64,000 nt of DNA from an uncultured Pelagibacteraceae bacterium (GTDB taxonomy: Bacteria; Pseudomonadota; Alphaproteobacteria; Pelagibacterales; Pelagibacteraceae). The stretch spans positions 71,744-135,743 of the forward strand of contig CACKCQ010000002.1 of NCBI GenBank assembly GCA_902598655.1. Reading direction: 5' to 3'. The notes under the pieces were generated by a model that made no database searches, had not been told where the DNA came from, and saw only the letters and a list, made by a program, of their open reading frames with translations. This document shows positions 30,335 through 40,886 of the stretch, piece by piece (the first letter of the stretch is position 1; each line of letters begins with the position of its first letter). Both the position numbers and the translations under genes were made by a program.

Positions 30335-31483
30335 ATGTTTTGGGCAGAGTTGATACTTATAGTTATAATAATCATTTTATTATATTTTTTATTTAAAAAA
30401 AATATTAAGCCAGAAAACACAGCACCAGTTGTAAACAAGACTAATAAGGATGATTTAGGAAAAAGAGTAATTATTGAAGAATTAGAAGATCAATTCTTTG
30501 CTTTAGATAAATATAATTTAATCAAATATCTAAACAAAAGTGCAAAAAAACGTTTTGGAGAAAACCTAATTGATAAAAATATTTCAAGTGTAATTAGAGA
30601 TACAAAATTATTAGAAACGATTGAAGAGGCTATCAAAGATCAAACTACAAAAAATGTCAATGTAGAAATAAATTTACCATCTTATCAACTTTACAAAATC
30701 TATGTTATTCCTGGTCCGACCCATTTGTTTCCAGAAATAAACTCTGTCGTATTGTTTCTAAAAGATTTTACAGAAATAACAAAAGCACAAAAACTAAAAA
30801 CTGATTTTGTTGCAAATGTGAGTCATGAATTAAGAACACCTTTAGTTTCGATTAAAGGTTCTTTAGAAACTATTCTTGGACCAGCTTCAAAAGACCAAGA
30901 GGCGCAAAAAAAATTTATGTCTATCATGTCTGATCAAGTATTAAGAATGGAAAACCTAATCAATGATTTATTGATTTTAAGTAGAATAGAATTGGAAGAA
31001 CATATCAAGCCTAATAAAATTGTGAGCTTAAATGATCTTTTTACAAATATTAAAAGTAACTTTGAATTAATTCTTAAAAAAAAGAAAATCAATTTACATA
31101 TTGAACTTATGGAACCAACCTTAGTTTTTGGTGATAATGATAAATTGTTAACTGTATTTTCAAATTTAATTGATAATTCAATTAAATATTCACAAGATGG
31201 AAAAAATATATACGTAAAAAGTCAAAATAGTGAAGGTAAATTAATTGATAAAAATATTGTCATTAGCATTAAAGATGAAGGTGTCGGAATACCTCAACAG
31301 CTAATTCCAAGAATAACTGAGAGATTTTTTAGAGTAGATACAGAAAAAAGTAAAAAGGTTGGTGGTACAGGTTTAGGTTTAGCTATAATGAAACATATTA
31401 TATCTCAACACAGAGGTGACTATGAGATTCTCAGTAAAGTTAATGAAGGTACTGAAATTAAGATATATCTTCCAACAAAATAA
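30335..31483 (+). CDS. phoR: Phosphate regulon sensor kinase PhoR
   Basis: Single N-terminal TM, PAS-like region, DFVANVSHELRTPL, ERFFRVD..GGTGLGLAI; in the pst/pho cluster. Confidence 0.93.
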   Translation: MFWAELILIVIIIILLYFLFKKNIKPENTAPVVNKTNKDDLGKRVIIEELEDQFFALDKYNLIKYLNKSAKKRFGENLIDKNISSVIRDTKLLETIEEAIKDQTTKNVNVEINLPSYQLYKIYVIPGPTHLFPEINSVVLFLKDFTEITKAQKLKTDFVANVSHELRTPLVSIKGSLETILGPASKDQEAQKKFMSIMSDQVLRMENLINDLLILSRIELEEHIKPNKIVSLNDLFTNIKSNFELILKKKKINLHIELMEPTLVFGDNDKLLTVFSNLIDNSIKYSQDGKNIYVKSQNSEGKLIDKNIVISIKDEGVGIPQQLIPRITERFFRVDTEKSKKVGGTGLGLAIMKHIISQHRGDYEILSKVNEGTEIKIYLPTK

Positions 31484-31577
31484 TTAATTTAAAAAATTGT
31501 TTAAAATTAACTCTTATTCAACCAAGATTTAACAAATCTTTTGTTGATTCGTATCTTAGTTTATTTAAAATTAGTTT

Positions 31578-32186
31578 ATGATTAAGATATTACATAGTAT
31601 TTTAATTATTATTTTTTTTTTAATGTCGATCATTACTAAAAGTAATGCATCTGATATTTCTACAATTTTAAGAAACCAGCAATTAACTGTTTTTGATATT
31701 GGTATCTTTAGATTACAGGAAGACTTAAAAAGTGCATATCCTGAAATAAAAAAACATAAAGATGTACCATACGAAGATATATATATAGATGTTCTCAGTT
31801 CCTATTGGAGAAATACAGTAGATTTAATTGTTTCAATTCCAGTAAATGAAAATTTAAAAAAAGAGAACTACATGTCAGATTCATTGAGATGTCGAAACAT
31901 ATTTAATTCTGTTAGAGATCATTTACTGAGAAATGAAAATATGAGTAATTATAGGTTTACTATGGCGACAAGCTATTTAACATCTATTTTTTCTACTCCT
32001 ACTAGTTGGCCAAAATGGCGTTATGACCAAAGTGTTCTTGAGGAATTAGTTAATTTGGTAAAACTGGAAGTTGTCTTAAGACCAACCCCAGATCTTGCTT
32101 TTAAGGATAACGTAAATCCAGTTTCATGCAAAGGTGGTCTAGAAACTGAAAATAGTGAGATTATTGTCTCAATGAAATACAACTAA
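31578..32186 (+). CDS. Hypothetical exported protein (202 aa)
   Basis: Hydrophobic N-terminus ending SNA-SD (signal peptide-like); two Cys; no family recognised. Confidence 0.75.
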   Translation: MIKILHSILIIIFFLMSIITKSNASDISTILRNQQLTVFDIGIFRLQEDLKSAYPEIKKHKDVPYEDIYIDVLSSYWRNTVDLIVSIPVNENLKKENYMSDSLRCRNIFNSVRDHLLRNENMSNYRFTMATSYLTSIFSTPTSWPKWRYDQSVLEELVNLVKLEVVLRPTPDLAFKDNVNPVSCKGGLETENSEIIVSMKYN

Positions 32187-32196
32187 AAAGTTAGGT

Positions 32197-32225
32197 TTTT
32201 AACAAAACTGTAATAATTCTGTAAT
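32197..32225 (+). promoter_or_regulatory. Pho box upstream of pstS
   Basis: TTTTAAC-AAAA-CTGTAAT-AATT-CTGTAAT; 11-bp periodic. Confidence 0.85.
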
Positions 32226-32295
32226 ATTTAAGATTCAATAAATTTATACGAGTCAGGCATCTTTTAATTAATAAATAACGAAAGGATTAAAGATA

Positions 32296-33327
32296 ATGAA
32301 AAAACTAACTATAGTGATTGCTTCTTTAGTTGCTCTATCAATAGCAACTGTTGCTCAAGCAAGAGATCAAATTAAGATAGTTGGTTCGTCTACAGTATTC
32401 CCTTACGCGACTGTTGTTGCTGAAAGATTTGGTGGTTCAGGATTCAAAACTCCTGTAATCGAGTCGACTGGTACTGGTGGAGGAGCTAAACTATTCTGTG
32501 CTGGTGTTGGTGAGCAACATCCAGATATTACAAATGCATCAAGAGCTATGAAAGACAAAGAGAAAGCCCTATGTAAGAAAAATGGTGTAAATGATATTGT
32601 TGAGATCGTAATTGGTAACGATGGTATTACATTAGCTTACAGCAAAGATGCAAAACCAGTAAACTTTACTAAAGAACAATTATATTTAGCATTAGCTGCT
32701 CATACTGTAGTTGATGGTAAGTTAGTTCCAAATATTTATAAAACTTGGGACCAAATTGACCCTAGCTTACCAAAACAAAAAATTTCAGTAATGATCCCAC
32801 CGGGAACATCAGGAACTAGAGATGCTTGGAATTCTTTAGTAATGAAAAAAGGTATGACTAAAGAAGCTAAAGCTCTTTATAAAGCTGGTTATGAGGCTGG
32901 AAATAAAAAATACAAAAAACCACAAAAACTTTACAGAGAAGATGGAGCTGCTATTGAAGTAGGAGAAAACGATAGTTTAATCATCCAAAAGTTAACTCAA
33001 GATAAAGATATGTTTGGTTTCTTTGGTTTCAGCTATTTCTTAGCTGCTAAAGATAAATTACAAGCTGCTAGCATAGATGGTGGACAACCCTCTCTAGCGA
33101 GTATTCAAGACTACAGTTATGCAGTTGCAAGACCATTATTTTTCTATGTGAAAAAAGCTCACGTTGGAGTAATCCCAGGATTACATGAGTTTGTGAAAGA
33201 ATTCACAACTAAGAAAGCTATTGGAAAAGGTGGTTACTTAGCAGATATTGGTTTAGTTCCATTAGACTCTAAGTTGTATAAAACAACTAGAACTAATGCT
33301 ACGAAGCTAGTTGCTATGGGTAATTAA
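32296..33327 (+). CDS. pstS: Phosphate ABC transporter substrate-binding protein
   Basis: Signal peptide AQA-RDQIKIVGSSTVFP; ESTGTGGG, SGTRD and RPLFFYVK motifs; AAGGA SD. Confidence 0.96.
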   Translation: MKKLTIVIASLVALSIATVAQARDQIKIVGSSTVFPYATVVAERFGGSGFKTPVIESTGTGGGAKLFCAGVGEQHPDITNASRAMKDKEKALCKKNGVNDIVEIVIGNDGITLAYSKDAKPVNFTKEQLYLALAAHTVVDGKLVPNIYKTWDQIDPSLPKQKISVMIPPGTSGTRDAWNSLVMKKGMTKEAKALYKAGYEAGNKKYKKPQKLYREDGAAIEVGENDSLIIQKLTQDKDMFGFFGFSYFLAAKDKLQAASIDGGQPSLASIQDYSYAVARPLFFYVKKAHVGVIPGLHEFVKEFTTKKAIGKGGYLADIGLVPLDSKLYKTTRTNATKLVAMGN

Positions 33328-33351
33328 TTATTTCTCTGTTAACAAATAATT

Positions 33352-33383
33352 AAAAAAGGGGTCTTTTTAGACCCCTTTTTTTT
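33352..33383 (+). terminator. Intrinsic (bidirectional-looking) terminator or stabiliser between pstS and pstC
   Basis: AAAAAAGGGGTC-TTTTTA-GACCCCTTTTTTTT. Confidence 0.85.
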
Positions 33384-33418
33384 GAAATAAGAGTAAAGTC
33401 CGCAATAAAGGAGATTCT

Positions 33419-34804
33419 TTGAACTTAATATTGTTTACATTTATTGTTCTTCTGGGTTTCACAAGTTATTATTTTGGACGTAGAAAAGCATATACAATTC
33501 AATCTACAAATAAAAGATTAACTGCATTACCACAATTTTATGGTTATTATCTTGCAATTTGGTGTGCAATACCAGCTTTTATAATTTTTTCTTTATGGGC
33601 AATTTTTGAGCCCACAATTGTAAAATTATTAATCTTAAGTGATTATTCAAATCAAGGCTATCTTGATGATGAATTAAATTTAATTTACGAAAAAACAAAA
33701 GCATTGTCTCGAGGACAATTTACCGGAGAAATTACACCTTTTATTGAGGCTTCAGCTGAAAAATATTTAAGTCTTCGATCAATAGCTCAAAGTTCAAAAG
33801 CTGTTATAGTATTATCTATAATTATTGCCTCTGTTGCTTACGCTTATAAAAAAATTTCATCTAATTCTAAAACAAGAGAACCAGTTGAAAAATTTTTGAA
33901 AGCAGTTTTATTTACAGCTTCTTTAGCTGCAATATTAACTACTGTTGGAATAGTATTTTCACTTATATTTCAAACTATAGATTTTTTTAAAGTAATTCCA
34001 TTATTTGATTTTGTCTTTGGAACTCATTGGTATCCTGCAAAAGCTTTTGTTAGAGATTCTTCAGAGGCTTTAGATCCGACAATGTATTCCGATACTTTTG
34101 GAGCAGTCCCTATTTTTGCTGGTACTTTTTTTATTGCTTTCATAGCTATGTGTGTTGCTATTCCTATTGGACTAATGAGTGGAATTTATTTGGCTGAGTA
34201 TGCATCAGTTAAAGTTAGACAATACGCAAAACCTTTAATTGAAATTTTAGCTGGTATACCAACAGTTGTTTATGGATTTTTTGCTGCTCTAACAGTTGGA
34301 CCTTTTTTAAAGGAAATAGGTAATAGCATGGGTTTAGACGTTTCAGCTGAAAGTGCTTTAGCGGCAGGCGGAGTAATGGGCATTATGATTATACCATTCA
34401 TTTCAAGTTTAAGTGACGATGTGATTACAAGTGTACCTCAAAGTTTAAGAGATGGAAGTTACGCTATGGGAGCAACTAAATCAGAAACGATAAAAAAAGT
34501 TATTTTTCCTGCAGCATTACCAGGTATTGTTGGTTCTATTTTATTAGGTGTTTCAAGAGCAATTGGAGAAACAATGATAGTTGTTATGGCCTCTGGTTTA
34601 GCTGCTAATTTAACTATAAATCCATTAGAATCTACTTCAACAATTACAGCGCAAATTGTTGTAATATTAATTGGAGATCAAGCTTTTGGCGACCCAAAAA
34701 CGCAAGCTGCATTTGCTTTAGGTATGTCATTATTTTTAGTAACGCTCTGTTTGAATATTGTGGCCTTAAGAGTAGTTAAAAAATATAGAGAAAAATATGA
34801 ATAA
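33419..34804 (+). CDS. pstC: Phosphate ABC transporter permease PstC (with N-terminal extension)
   Basis: LAGIPTVVYGFFA and SRAIGETMIV motifs; TTG start after AAGGAG. Confidence 0.95.
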   Translation: MNLILFTFIVLLGFTSYYFGRRKAYTIQSTNKRLTALPQFYGYYLAIWCAIPAFIIFSLWAIFEPTIVKLLILSDYSNQGYLDDELNLIYEKTKALSRGQFTGEITPFIEASAEKYLSLRSIAQSSKAVIVLSIIIASVAYAYKKISSNSKTREPVEKFLKAVLFTASLAAILTTVGIVFSLIFQTIDFFKVIPLFDFVFGTHWYPAKAFVRDSSEALDPTMYSDTFGAVPIFAGTFFIAFIAMCVAIPIGLMSGIYLAEYASVKVRQYAKPLIEILAGIPTVVYGFFAALTVGPFLKEIGNSMGLDVSAESALAAGGVMGIMIIPFISSLSDDVITSVPQSLRDGSYAMGATKSETIKKVIFPAALPGIVGSILLGVSRAIGETMIVVMASGLAANLTINPLESTSTITAQIVVILIGDQAFGDPKTQAAFALGMSLFLVTLCLNIVALRVVKKYREKYE

Positions 34805-36065
34805 AAATAAAGAACAATTATTAAATAAAAGATATAAAGCTGAAAAGAGATTTCGATTATACGGTCAAGGTGCAATTTTTATGGCACTTTTATTTTTAAC
34901 AATCTTTATTTTTAAAATTTTTTCGACAGGCTATTCAGCCTTTCAAAAAACTTGGCTTATTGTTCCAGTTACTTTTGATGCTGAATTAATGATGTTAGAG
35001 CAAAATCCTTCTAAAGAGGATTTAAAAGATGCTGATTATTACGATATAGCATTAAAATCAATGGCTGATTTGGATCCAAATGCTAATGAGGATCAAGAAA
35101 ATGAGCTGAAGAGAATGGTCTCTTACTTTTTCGAAAGAGAGATTAAAAGGGAACTTTTAAACGACCCCTCATTAATTGGAAAAACTAAAGATGTTTATTT
35201 AACTGCCTCAGATGATTTAGATCAAGTATTTAAAGGCAATTATCCAAGAGATTTACCTGAAGATCAAAGAAGAGTTACGGATTATCAATTAAAGATTTTT
35301 GATCAACTTGTAGAACTAGGAAAAGTTGAAAGTAAATTCAATTTAAGTTTTTTTACATATCCTGATTCAAGAGAAGCTGAATTAGCTGGTATAGCAAGCT
35401 CATTTATGGGATCAATTTTTTCTATACTTGTTTGTTTAATGATAGCTTTTCCTGTAGCAGTTCTAGCGGCAATTTATTTAGAGGAATTTGCTCCTAAAAA
35501 CAGATTCACTGATTTTATTGAGGTAAATATAAATAATTTAGCAGCAGTACCTTCAATTGTTTTTGGTCTTTTGGGACTGGGTATTTTACTGGCTGTATTT
35601 CAATTACCTAGGTCAACACCTCTAGTCGGTGGAATAACTTTATCGTTGATGACTTTACCAACAATTATTATTGCTTGTAGAGCATCTTTAAAAGCAGTTC
35701 CTCCAAGTATAAGAGAGGCAGCACTTGCAATGGGTGCTAGTAAAATGCAAACTACAATGCATCATACAGTTCCGTTATCTATGCCAGGGACTTTATCCGG
35801 TACAATAATTGGTTTGGCCCAAGCTTTAGGTGAAACCGCACCTTTGATATTGATTGGCATGGTGGCTTTTGTAAATACAATACCAGGATCTCCTTTAGAT
35901 CCAGCTGCAAGTTTGCCAGTGCAAATTTATATTTGGGCAGAGAGCGCTGAAAGAGGTTTTGTCGAGAAAGTTTCTGCCTGTATTATGGTTCTATTAGGAT
36001 TTTTAATTATAATGAACTTATTTGCACAAATAATTAGACATAAATTTGAAAAAAAATGGAGTTAA
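34797..36065 (+). CDS. pstA: Phosphate ABC transporter permease PstA
   Basis: [14 protein letters not shown] and ALGETAPL motifs. Confidence 0.95.
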   Translation: MNKNKEQLLNKRYKAEKRFRLYGQGAIFMALLFLTIFIFKIFSTGYSAFQKTWLIVPVTFDAELMMLEQNPSKEDLKDADYYDIALKSMADLDPNANEDQENELKRMVSYFFEREIKRELLNDPSLIGKTKDVYLTASDDLDQVFKGNYPRDLPEDQRRVTDYQLKIFDQLVELGKVESKFNLSFFTYPDSREAELAGIASSFMGSIFSILVCLMIAFPVAVLAAIYLEEFAPKNRFTDFIEVNINNLAAVPSIVFGLLGLGILLAVFQLPRSTPLVGGITLSLMTLPTIIIACRASLKAVPPSIREAALAMGASKMQTTMHHTVPLSMPGTLSGTIIGLAQALGETAPLILIGMVAFVNTIPGSPLDPAASLPVQIYIWAESAERGFVEKVSACIMVLLGFLIIMNLFAQIIRHKFEKKWS

Positions 36066-36066
36066 G

Positions 36067-36822
36067 ATGATAAAGATAAATTCAAAAAATGTAGATGTTT
36101 ACTATGGAAAAAAACAAGCTCTATTCAATATAAATTTAGATATTGAAGAAAATCAAGTTACAGCACTGATTGGGCCTTCAGGTTGTGGTAAATCTACTTT
36201 TTTAAGATGTCTAAACCGAATGAATGACGTAATTGATATATGTAGAGTAAAAGGGCAAATTATAATTAATGATTTTGATATCAATGATAAAAGTTGTGAT
36301 GTTGTTAGATTAAGAGAAAAAATTGGTATGGTTTTTCAAAAACCAAATCCTTTTCCTAAAACTATTTATGAAAATATTTCTTATGGTCCAACAATTCATG
36401 GTATGGCTCAATCAAAGAATGAAATGGATGAAATAGTTGAAACTAGCTTAAAAAAGGCAGCATTATGGGAAGAGGTGAAAGATAGACTTCATGAACCAGG
36501 TACTGGTTTGTCTGGTGGACAACAACAAAGATTATGTATAGCAAGGGCAATTTCAGTTAAACCTGAAGTTATTCTAATGGACGAGCCTTGTTCTGCTTTA
36601 GATCCTATTGCTACAGCTCAAATAGAAGAACTAATTGATGAGTTAAAAAAAGACCATACTATTATAATAGTCACTCACTCAATGGCACAAGCTGCAAGAG
36701 TTTCTCAAAATACAGGTTTTTTTCACCTTGGAGAATTGATAGAACATGGTTCTACTGATAAAATATTTAAGAATCCAGAAAACAAAAAAACTCAGGATTA
36801 TATCACAGGGAGGTTTGGATAA
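36067..36822 (+). CDS. pstB: Phosphate ABC transporter ATP-binding protein
   Basis: [27 protein letters not shown] and YITGRFG motifs; ATG at 36067 after GGAG preferred over TTG at 36046. Confidence 0.97.
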   Translation: MIKINSKNVDVYYGKKQALFNINLDIEENQVTALIGPSGCGKSTFLRCLNRMNDVIDICRVKGQIIINDFDINDKSCDVVRLREKIGMVFQKPNPFPKTIYENISYGPTIHGMAQSKNEMDEIVETSLKKAALWEEVKDRLHEPGTGLSGGQQQRLCIARAISVKPEVILMDEPCSALDPIATAQIEELIDELKKDHTIIIVTHSMAQAARVSQNTGFFHLGELIEHGSTDKIFKNPENKKTQDYITGRFG

Positions 36823-37529
36823 TGACCGAAGCACCACATACAGTAAAGTCTTACGAAGAAGAACTTAAAAATTTAAATAGCAATATAATTAAAATGGGTG
36901 GATTTTGTGAAGAAGCTTTGGGTAAAGCTATTCAAGCAATTACTACAAGAAATAGTGATAATGCTGAGGCAGTAATTAAAGATGATGAAAAAATTGATAA
37001 ATTTGAGACTTTAATTGAACAGCAAGTAGTAAATTTAATTGCTTTAAGACAACCTATGGCCATAGATCTTAGAGAAACAGTCACTGCTTTAAAGATATCT
37101 TCTGACCTTGAGAGAATAGGTGATTTAGCAAAAAATATTTCTAAAAGAACTCTTTTGTTAAATGAAAATTTACCAAAAAATTTAGTAGAAGCTATTATAA
37201 GAGTATCTTCGGATGTTCAAAAACAATTGAAATCAATATTAGATGCATATTTAGAAAGATCTTCGAGTATGGCAATTAATGTATGGGAAAGCGACGAACA
37301 AATTGATGATTTAACAAATTTATGCATGCAAGAAGTGATTAGATATTTAAAAGATAACGAAAATAACTTAAGTGATGGAACCCACTTATTATTTGTAACT
37401 AAAAATATAGAGAGAATAGGTGATCATACAACCAACATTGCTGAGCAAGTATATTATTTAGTTAAGGGAGAATATCTAGAGGGTGATCGACCAAAAGGCA
37501 CAGAACCTATTGTTACTGGAGAAAAGTAA
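36822..37529 (+). CDS. phoU: Phosphate signalling protein PhoU
   Basis: QPMAIDLR plus two ERIGD repeats (DLERIGD, NIERIGDH). Confidence 0.97.
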   Translation: MTEAPHTVKSYEEELKNLNSNIIKMGGFCEEALGKAIQAITTRNSDNAEAVIKDDEKIDKFETLIEQQVVNLIALRQPMAIDLRETVTALKISSDLERIGDLAKNISKRTLLLNENLPKNLVEAIIRVSSDVQKQLKSILDAYLERSSSMAINVWESDEQIDDLTNLCMQEVIRYLKDNENNLSDGTHLLFVTKNIERIGDHTTNIAEQVYYLVKGEYLEGDRPKGTEPIVTGEK

Positions 37530-37532
37530 AAT

Positions 37533-38216
37533 ATGTCGGCTCATATTTTTATAGCTGAGGACGAGGCTGCTATAATAACTCTACTAAAGTATAACCTTGA
37601 AAAAGAGGGTTACAAAGTAAGTTTCTGTGAAAATGGTGAAGATGCGCTTAAACAAATTAAAGATAAGCTTCCTGACTTAATATTAATGGATTGGATGTTG
37701 CCCGATTTGTCAGGCGTTGAAATATGTAAAAATTTAAAAAAAGACAAAAAGCATAATGACATACCAGTAATAATGTTAACAGCAAAAGGCGAGGAGGAGG
37801 ACAAATTAAGAGCTTTTGATACAGGTGCAGATGATTATGTAACAAAACCATTTAGTCAAAAAGAACTTAATGCAAGAATTAAATCATTACTCAGAAGATC
37901 AAAACCACAATCCACCGTTGATGTTGTTGAGTTTACAGATCTAAAAATAGATAGAATAACAAAAAGAGTTTATAGAAATAACATTGAAATATCTCTAGGA
38001 CCTACAGAATTTAAATTATTAGATTTTTTTATCAAAAATCCAAAAAGGGTATATTCAAGAGAACAACTCTTAAACAATGTTTGGGGAGAAAATATTTACG
38101 TTGAAACTAGAACTGTCGATGTGCATATCAGAAGATTAAGACAGGCTATTAATATAGATAATACTAAGCCTTTAATTAGAACTGTAAGATCAGCAGGTTA
38201 TTCTTTAGAATCTTGA
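37533..38216 (+). CDS. phoB: Phosphate regulon response regulator PhoB
   Basis: DWMLP receiver, GADDYVTKPF, LGPTEFKLL and RTVDVHIRRLR motifs. Confidence 0.97.
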   Translation: MSAHIFIAEDEAAIITLLKYNLEKEGYKVSFCENGEDALKQIKDKLPDLILMDWMLPDLSGVEICKNLKKDKKHNDIPVIMLTAKGEEEDKLRAFDTGADDYVTKPFSQKELNARIKSLLRRSKPQSTVDVVEFTDLKIDRITKRVYRNNIEISLGPTEFKLLDFFIKNPKRVYSREQLLNNVWGENIYVETRTVDVHIRRLRQAINIDNTKPLIRTVRSAGYSLES

Positions 38217-38722
38217 AGGTCTTTAGGTCTAGTAAATTCTTTAATTAAACCATTTCCATCTAATTTATTCCATTCATTAAAATCAAAATAAATTTTTGCA
38301 AATGCCGATGTCGGAAATTTGTAGTTTAATAATTTAAAATGGTTGTTGTTGTGATTTTTTGTCAGTGATCGTATTAGATTTCTAACAGTAGGTTCATGGT
38401 TAATTAAAAGCACTGATTTATATTTTTTTGGTATTTTTTTTATTATATCTATAATTTTATCTTCACTTGATAAGTATAATTTTTTTGAAGAAATAATTTT
38501 TTTTGGTTTATCTATTTTTTTTAATAAAATTTTTAGGGTTTTCTTTGTTCTCTTTGATGATGAAAGTAATATGTAATCAAACTTATAATTTTTTTTAACA
38601 AAAAATTCACAAATCTTTTTTGCATTTTTCTCGCCACGCTTACTTAATGGTCTTTCATGATCATCAAGATTTGGGTGGTCCCAGCTAGATTTTGCATGAC
38701 GCATAACGTATAATTTAAGCAT
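38198..38722 (-). CDS. sixA: SixA-family phosphohistidine phosphatase
   Basis: MRHAKSSW, DHERPL, SSSKRT, HEP and FPT motifs. Start reassigned to the ATG at 38722 (MLKLYVMRH). Confidence 0.88.
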   Translation of the reverse strand: MLKLYVMRHAKSSWDHPNLDDHERPLSKRGEKNAKKICEFFVKKNYKFDYILLSSSKRTKKTLKILLKKIDKPKKIISSKKLYLSSEDKIIDIIKKIPKKYKSVLLINHEPTVRNLIRSLTKNHNNNHFKLLNYKFPTSAFAKIYFDFNEWNKLDGNGLIKEFTRPKDLQDSKE

Positions 38723-38735
38723 AAATTTTAAATAT

Positions 38736-40886
38736 ATGACTGCATTAAAAAAACAAGATAAAGAAACACTAAAATCTAAATACATAAATAGAGAGCTGTC
38801 TTGGCTAAAATTCAACGACAGAGTTCTTCTTGAGGCCCAAAATTTTGAAAATCCTCTTTATGAAAGAATTAAATTTTTATCTATAGCAGGATCAAATTTA
38901 GATGAATTTTTCATGGTTCGTGTTGCAGGTTTATATAGTCAAATCAAACAAGATGTAGATTCACTTAGTTCTGATGGTCTTACTCCTGATGAACAAATGA
39001 GTGAAGTTATTTTGGAAACAAATAATCTTCTTAATAAACAAAATAAAATATATAGAGATTTAATTCTTCAATTAAAAAAAGCAAATATAAGTATAGTTAA
39101 ACCTGAAAATTTAAGTAAACCTGAACAAAAAAGATTATTTAAAATTTTTAATGAAGAAATTTACCCTCTGCTAACCCCATCAGCAATAGACCCAGCTCAT
39201 CCCTTTCCATTTATTGCAAATCAAGGAAGAGCATTAGTTATGAGATTAAATAAGAAAAATAAAAAAAGGACTTTAAATACAATAATAGTAATTCCAAAAG
39301 CTTTATCAAGATTTATTGAAATAGATGGAAATAAAAGTTTTAAAAAATTTTTAATTATAGATGATGTTATAAGTTTTTTTGCCTCTGAAATATTTCCTGA
39401 TCATGATTTAGATAAAAAAATGTTATTTAGAGTTATAAGAGATAGTGATGTAGAAATTCAAGAGGAGGCCGAAGATTTAGTAAGATCTTTTGAATTGGCT
39501 TTAAAAAGAAGAAGAACAGGTGACATAGTACGTTTAGAAATTTTAAAAAATAGTAATAATGACTTAATTAAGTTTATAACCAATAAGTTAAACGTAAAAT
39601 CTGAATACATCTATGAAATTGAAGGCATTGTTGGAATTCAAGATATAGACCAAGTTTGTAAAATTAAAAATTCTAAATTAAGATTTAAAAATTTTAATCC
39701 CAGGGAGGTTGAGAGATTAAAGGAGTTTAATAATAATTTTTTTGATACTATAAAAAAAAAAGATTTAATAGTTCATCACCCTTTTGAAACATTTGATGCT
39801 GTCGTTGAGTTTTTAAATCAAGCTGCATATGATAAAAAAGTTATAGTAATTAAACAAACTCTATACAGAACAACGCTAGATTCTCCAATTGTTAAAGCCT
39901 TAATAACAGCAGCTGAAAATGGAAAGACAGTAACCGCTTTAATAGAGATCAAAGCAAGATTTGATGAAGAAGCAAACATTCAACTTTCAAGAAGTTTAGA
40001 AAAAGCAGGAATTCAAATAGTTTATGGTTTTGCAAAATATAAAACACATGCAAAATCATCTTTAATATTAAGAAAAGAGCAGGGAAAAATTCAAACTTAT
40101 ATACATCTGGGAACTGGCAATTATCACCCAGTTAATGCAAAAATTTATACTGACTTATCTTTATTTAGTTCTGATAAAAAATTAGCAACTGATGTGGAAA
40201 AATTTTTTAATTATGTAACTGGTTATTCAAAACCACGAAATCTTAGTAAAATATCTATATCACCAATTAATCTTAGGGAAACCTTGAACAAATGTATTGC
40301 TAACGAGATAACAAATGTCAAAAAAGGTAAAAAAGGTGAAATATGGGCCAAAATGAATTCCTTAGTAGATCCAGCGATAATTGATAAATTTTACGAAGCT
40401 TCAAATGCTGGAGTAAAGATATTTTTATTTGTAAGAGGTGTCTGTTGTTTAAGACCTGGAGTTAAAGATAAATCTGAAAATATAATAGTTAAAAGCATGA
40501 TTGGAAGATTTTTGGAACACTCAAGAATTTATTGTTTTGCAAATGGAAAAACAATGCCTAGTAGAGATGCAAAAGTTTTTATTTCATCAGCAGATTTAAT
40601 GCCAAGAAATTTAAATCGAAGAGTAGAACTTCTAGTTCCAATTGAAAACCAAACAGTCCACGAACAAGTTCTTGATCAAATCATGTTAGCTAATTATTTA
40701 GATAAAAAACAAAGTTGGGAACTTGATGCTAGTGGAAATTATAAAAAAATTAAATATAGTGAAAATGATTCTTTTTCAGCCCATGATTATTTTATGAATA
40801 ATCCTAGTTTATCTGGAAGAGGTAAAGCTAAATTAAAAATGAAACCAAAAAAATTAAATTTAAGATTAATTAAAAGTGGAAATTAA
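38736..40886 (+). CDS. ppk1: Polyphosphate kinase 1
   Basis: NRELSWL, SNLDEFFMVRVAG, HHPFETF, KTHAK, GRFLEHSR and SADLMPRNL motifs. Confidence 0.97.
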   Translation: MTALKKQDKETLKSKYINRELSWLKFNDRVLLEAQNFENPLYERIKFLSIAGSNLDEFFMVRVAGLYSQIKQDVDSLSSDGLTPDEQMSEVILETNNLLNKQNKIYRDLILQLKKANISIVKPENLSKPEQKRLFKIFNEEIYPLLTPSAIDPAHPFPFIANQGRALVMRLNKKNKKRTLNTIIVIPKALSRFIEIDGNKSFKKFLIIDDVISFFASEIFPDHDLDKKMLFRVIRDSDVEIQEEAEDLVRSFELALKRRRTGDIVRLEILKNSNNDLIKFITNKLNVKSEYIYEIEGIVGIQDIDQVCKIKNSKLRFKNFNPREVERLKEFNNNFFDTIKKKDLIVHHPFETFDAVVEFLNQAAYDKKVIVIKQTLYRTTLDSPIVKALITAAENGKTVTALIEIKARFDEEANIQLSRSLEKAGIQIVYGFAKYKTHAKSSLILRKEQGKIQTYIHLGTGNYHPVNAKIYTDLSLFSSDKKLATDVEKFFNYVTGYSKPRNLSKISISPINLRETLNKCIANEITNVKKGKKGEIWAKMNSLVDPAIIDKFYEASNAGVKIFLFVRGVCCLRPGVKDKSENIIVKSMIGRFLEHSRIYCFANGKTMPSRDAKVFISSADLMPRNLNRRVELLVPIENQTVHEQVLDQIMLANYLDKKQSWELDASGNYKKIKYSENDSFSAHDYFMNNPSLSGRGKAKLKMKPKKLNLRLIKSGN

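Noticed and set aside
33337-33349. TGTTAACAAATAA shared with the aapJ upstream palindrome
   Set aside because: A 13-bp AT-rich match in a non-equivalent position (downstream of pstS); plausible by chance.
38723-38815. ORF-track N-terminal extensions of sixA (also pgpA, Nudix, xth, erpA, pstB)
   Set aside because: The extensions overlap neighbouring genes and precede the family N-terminal motifs; downstream coupled starts fit better.
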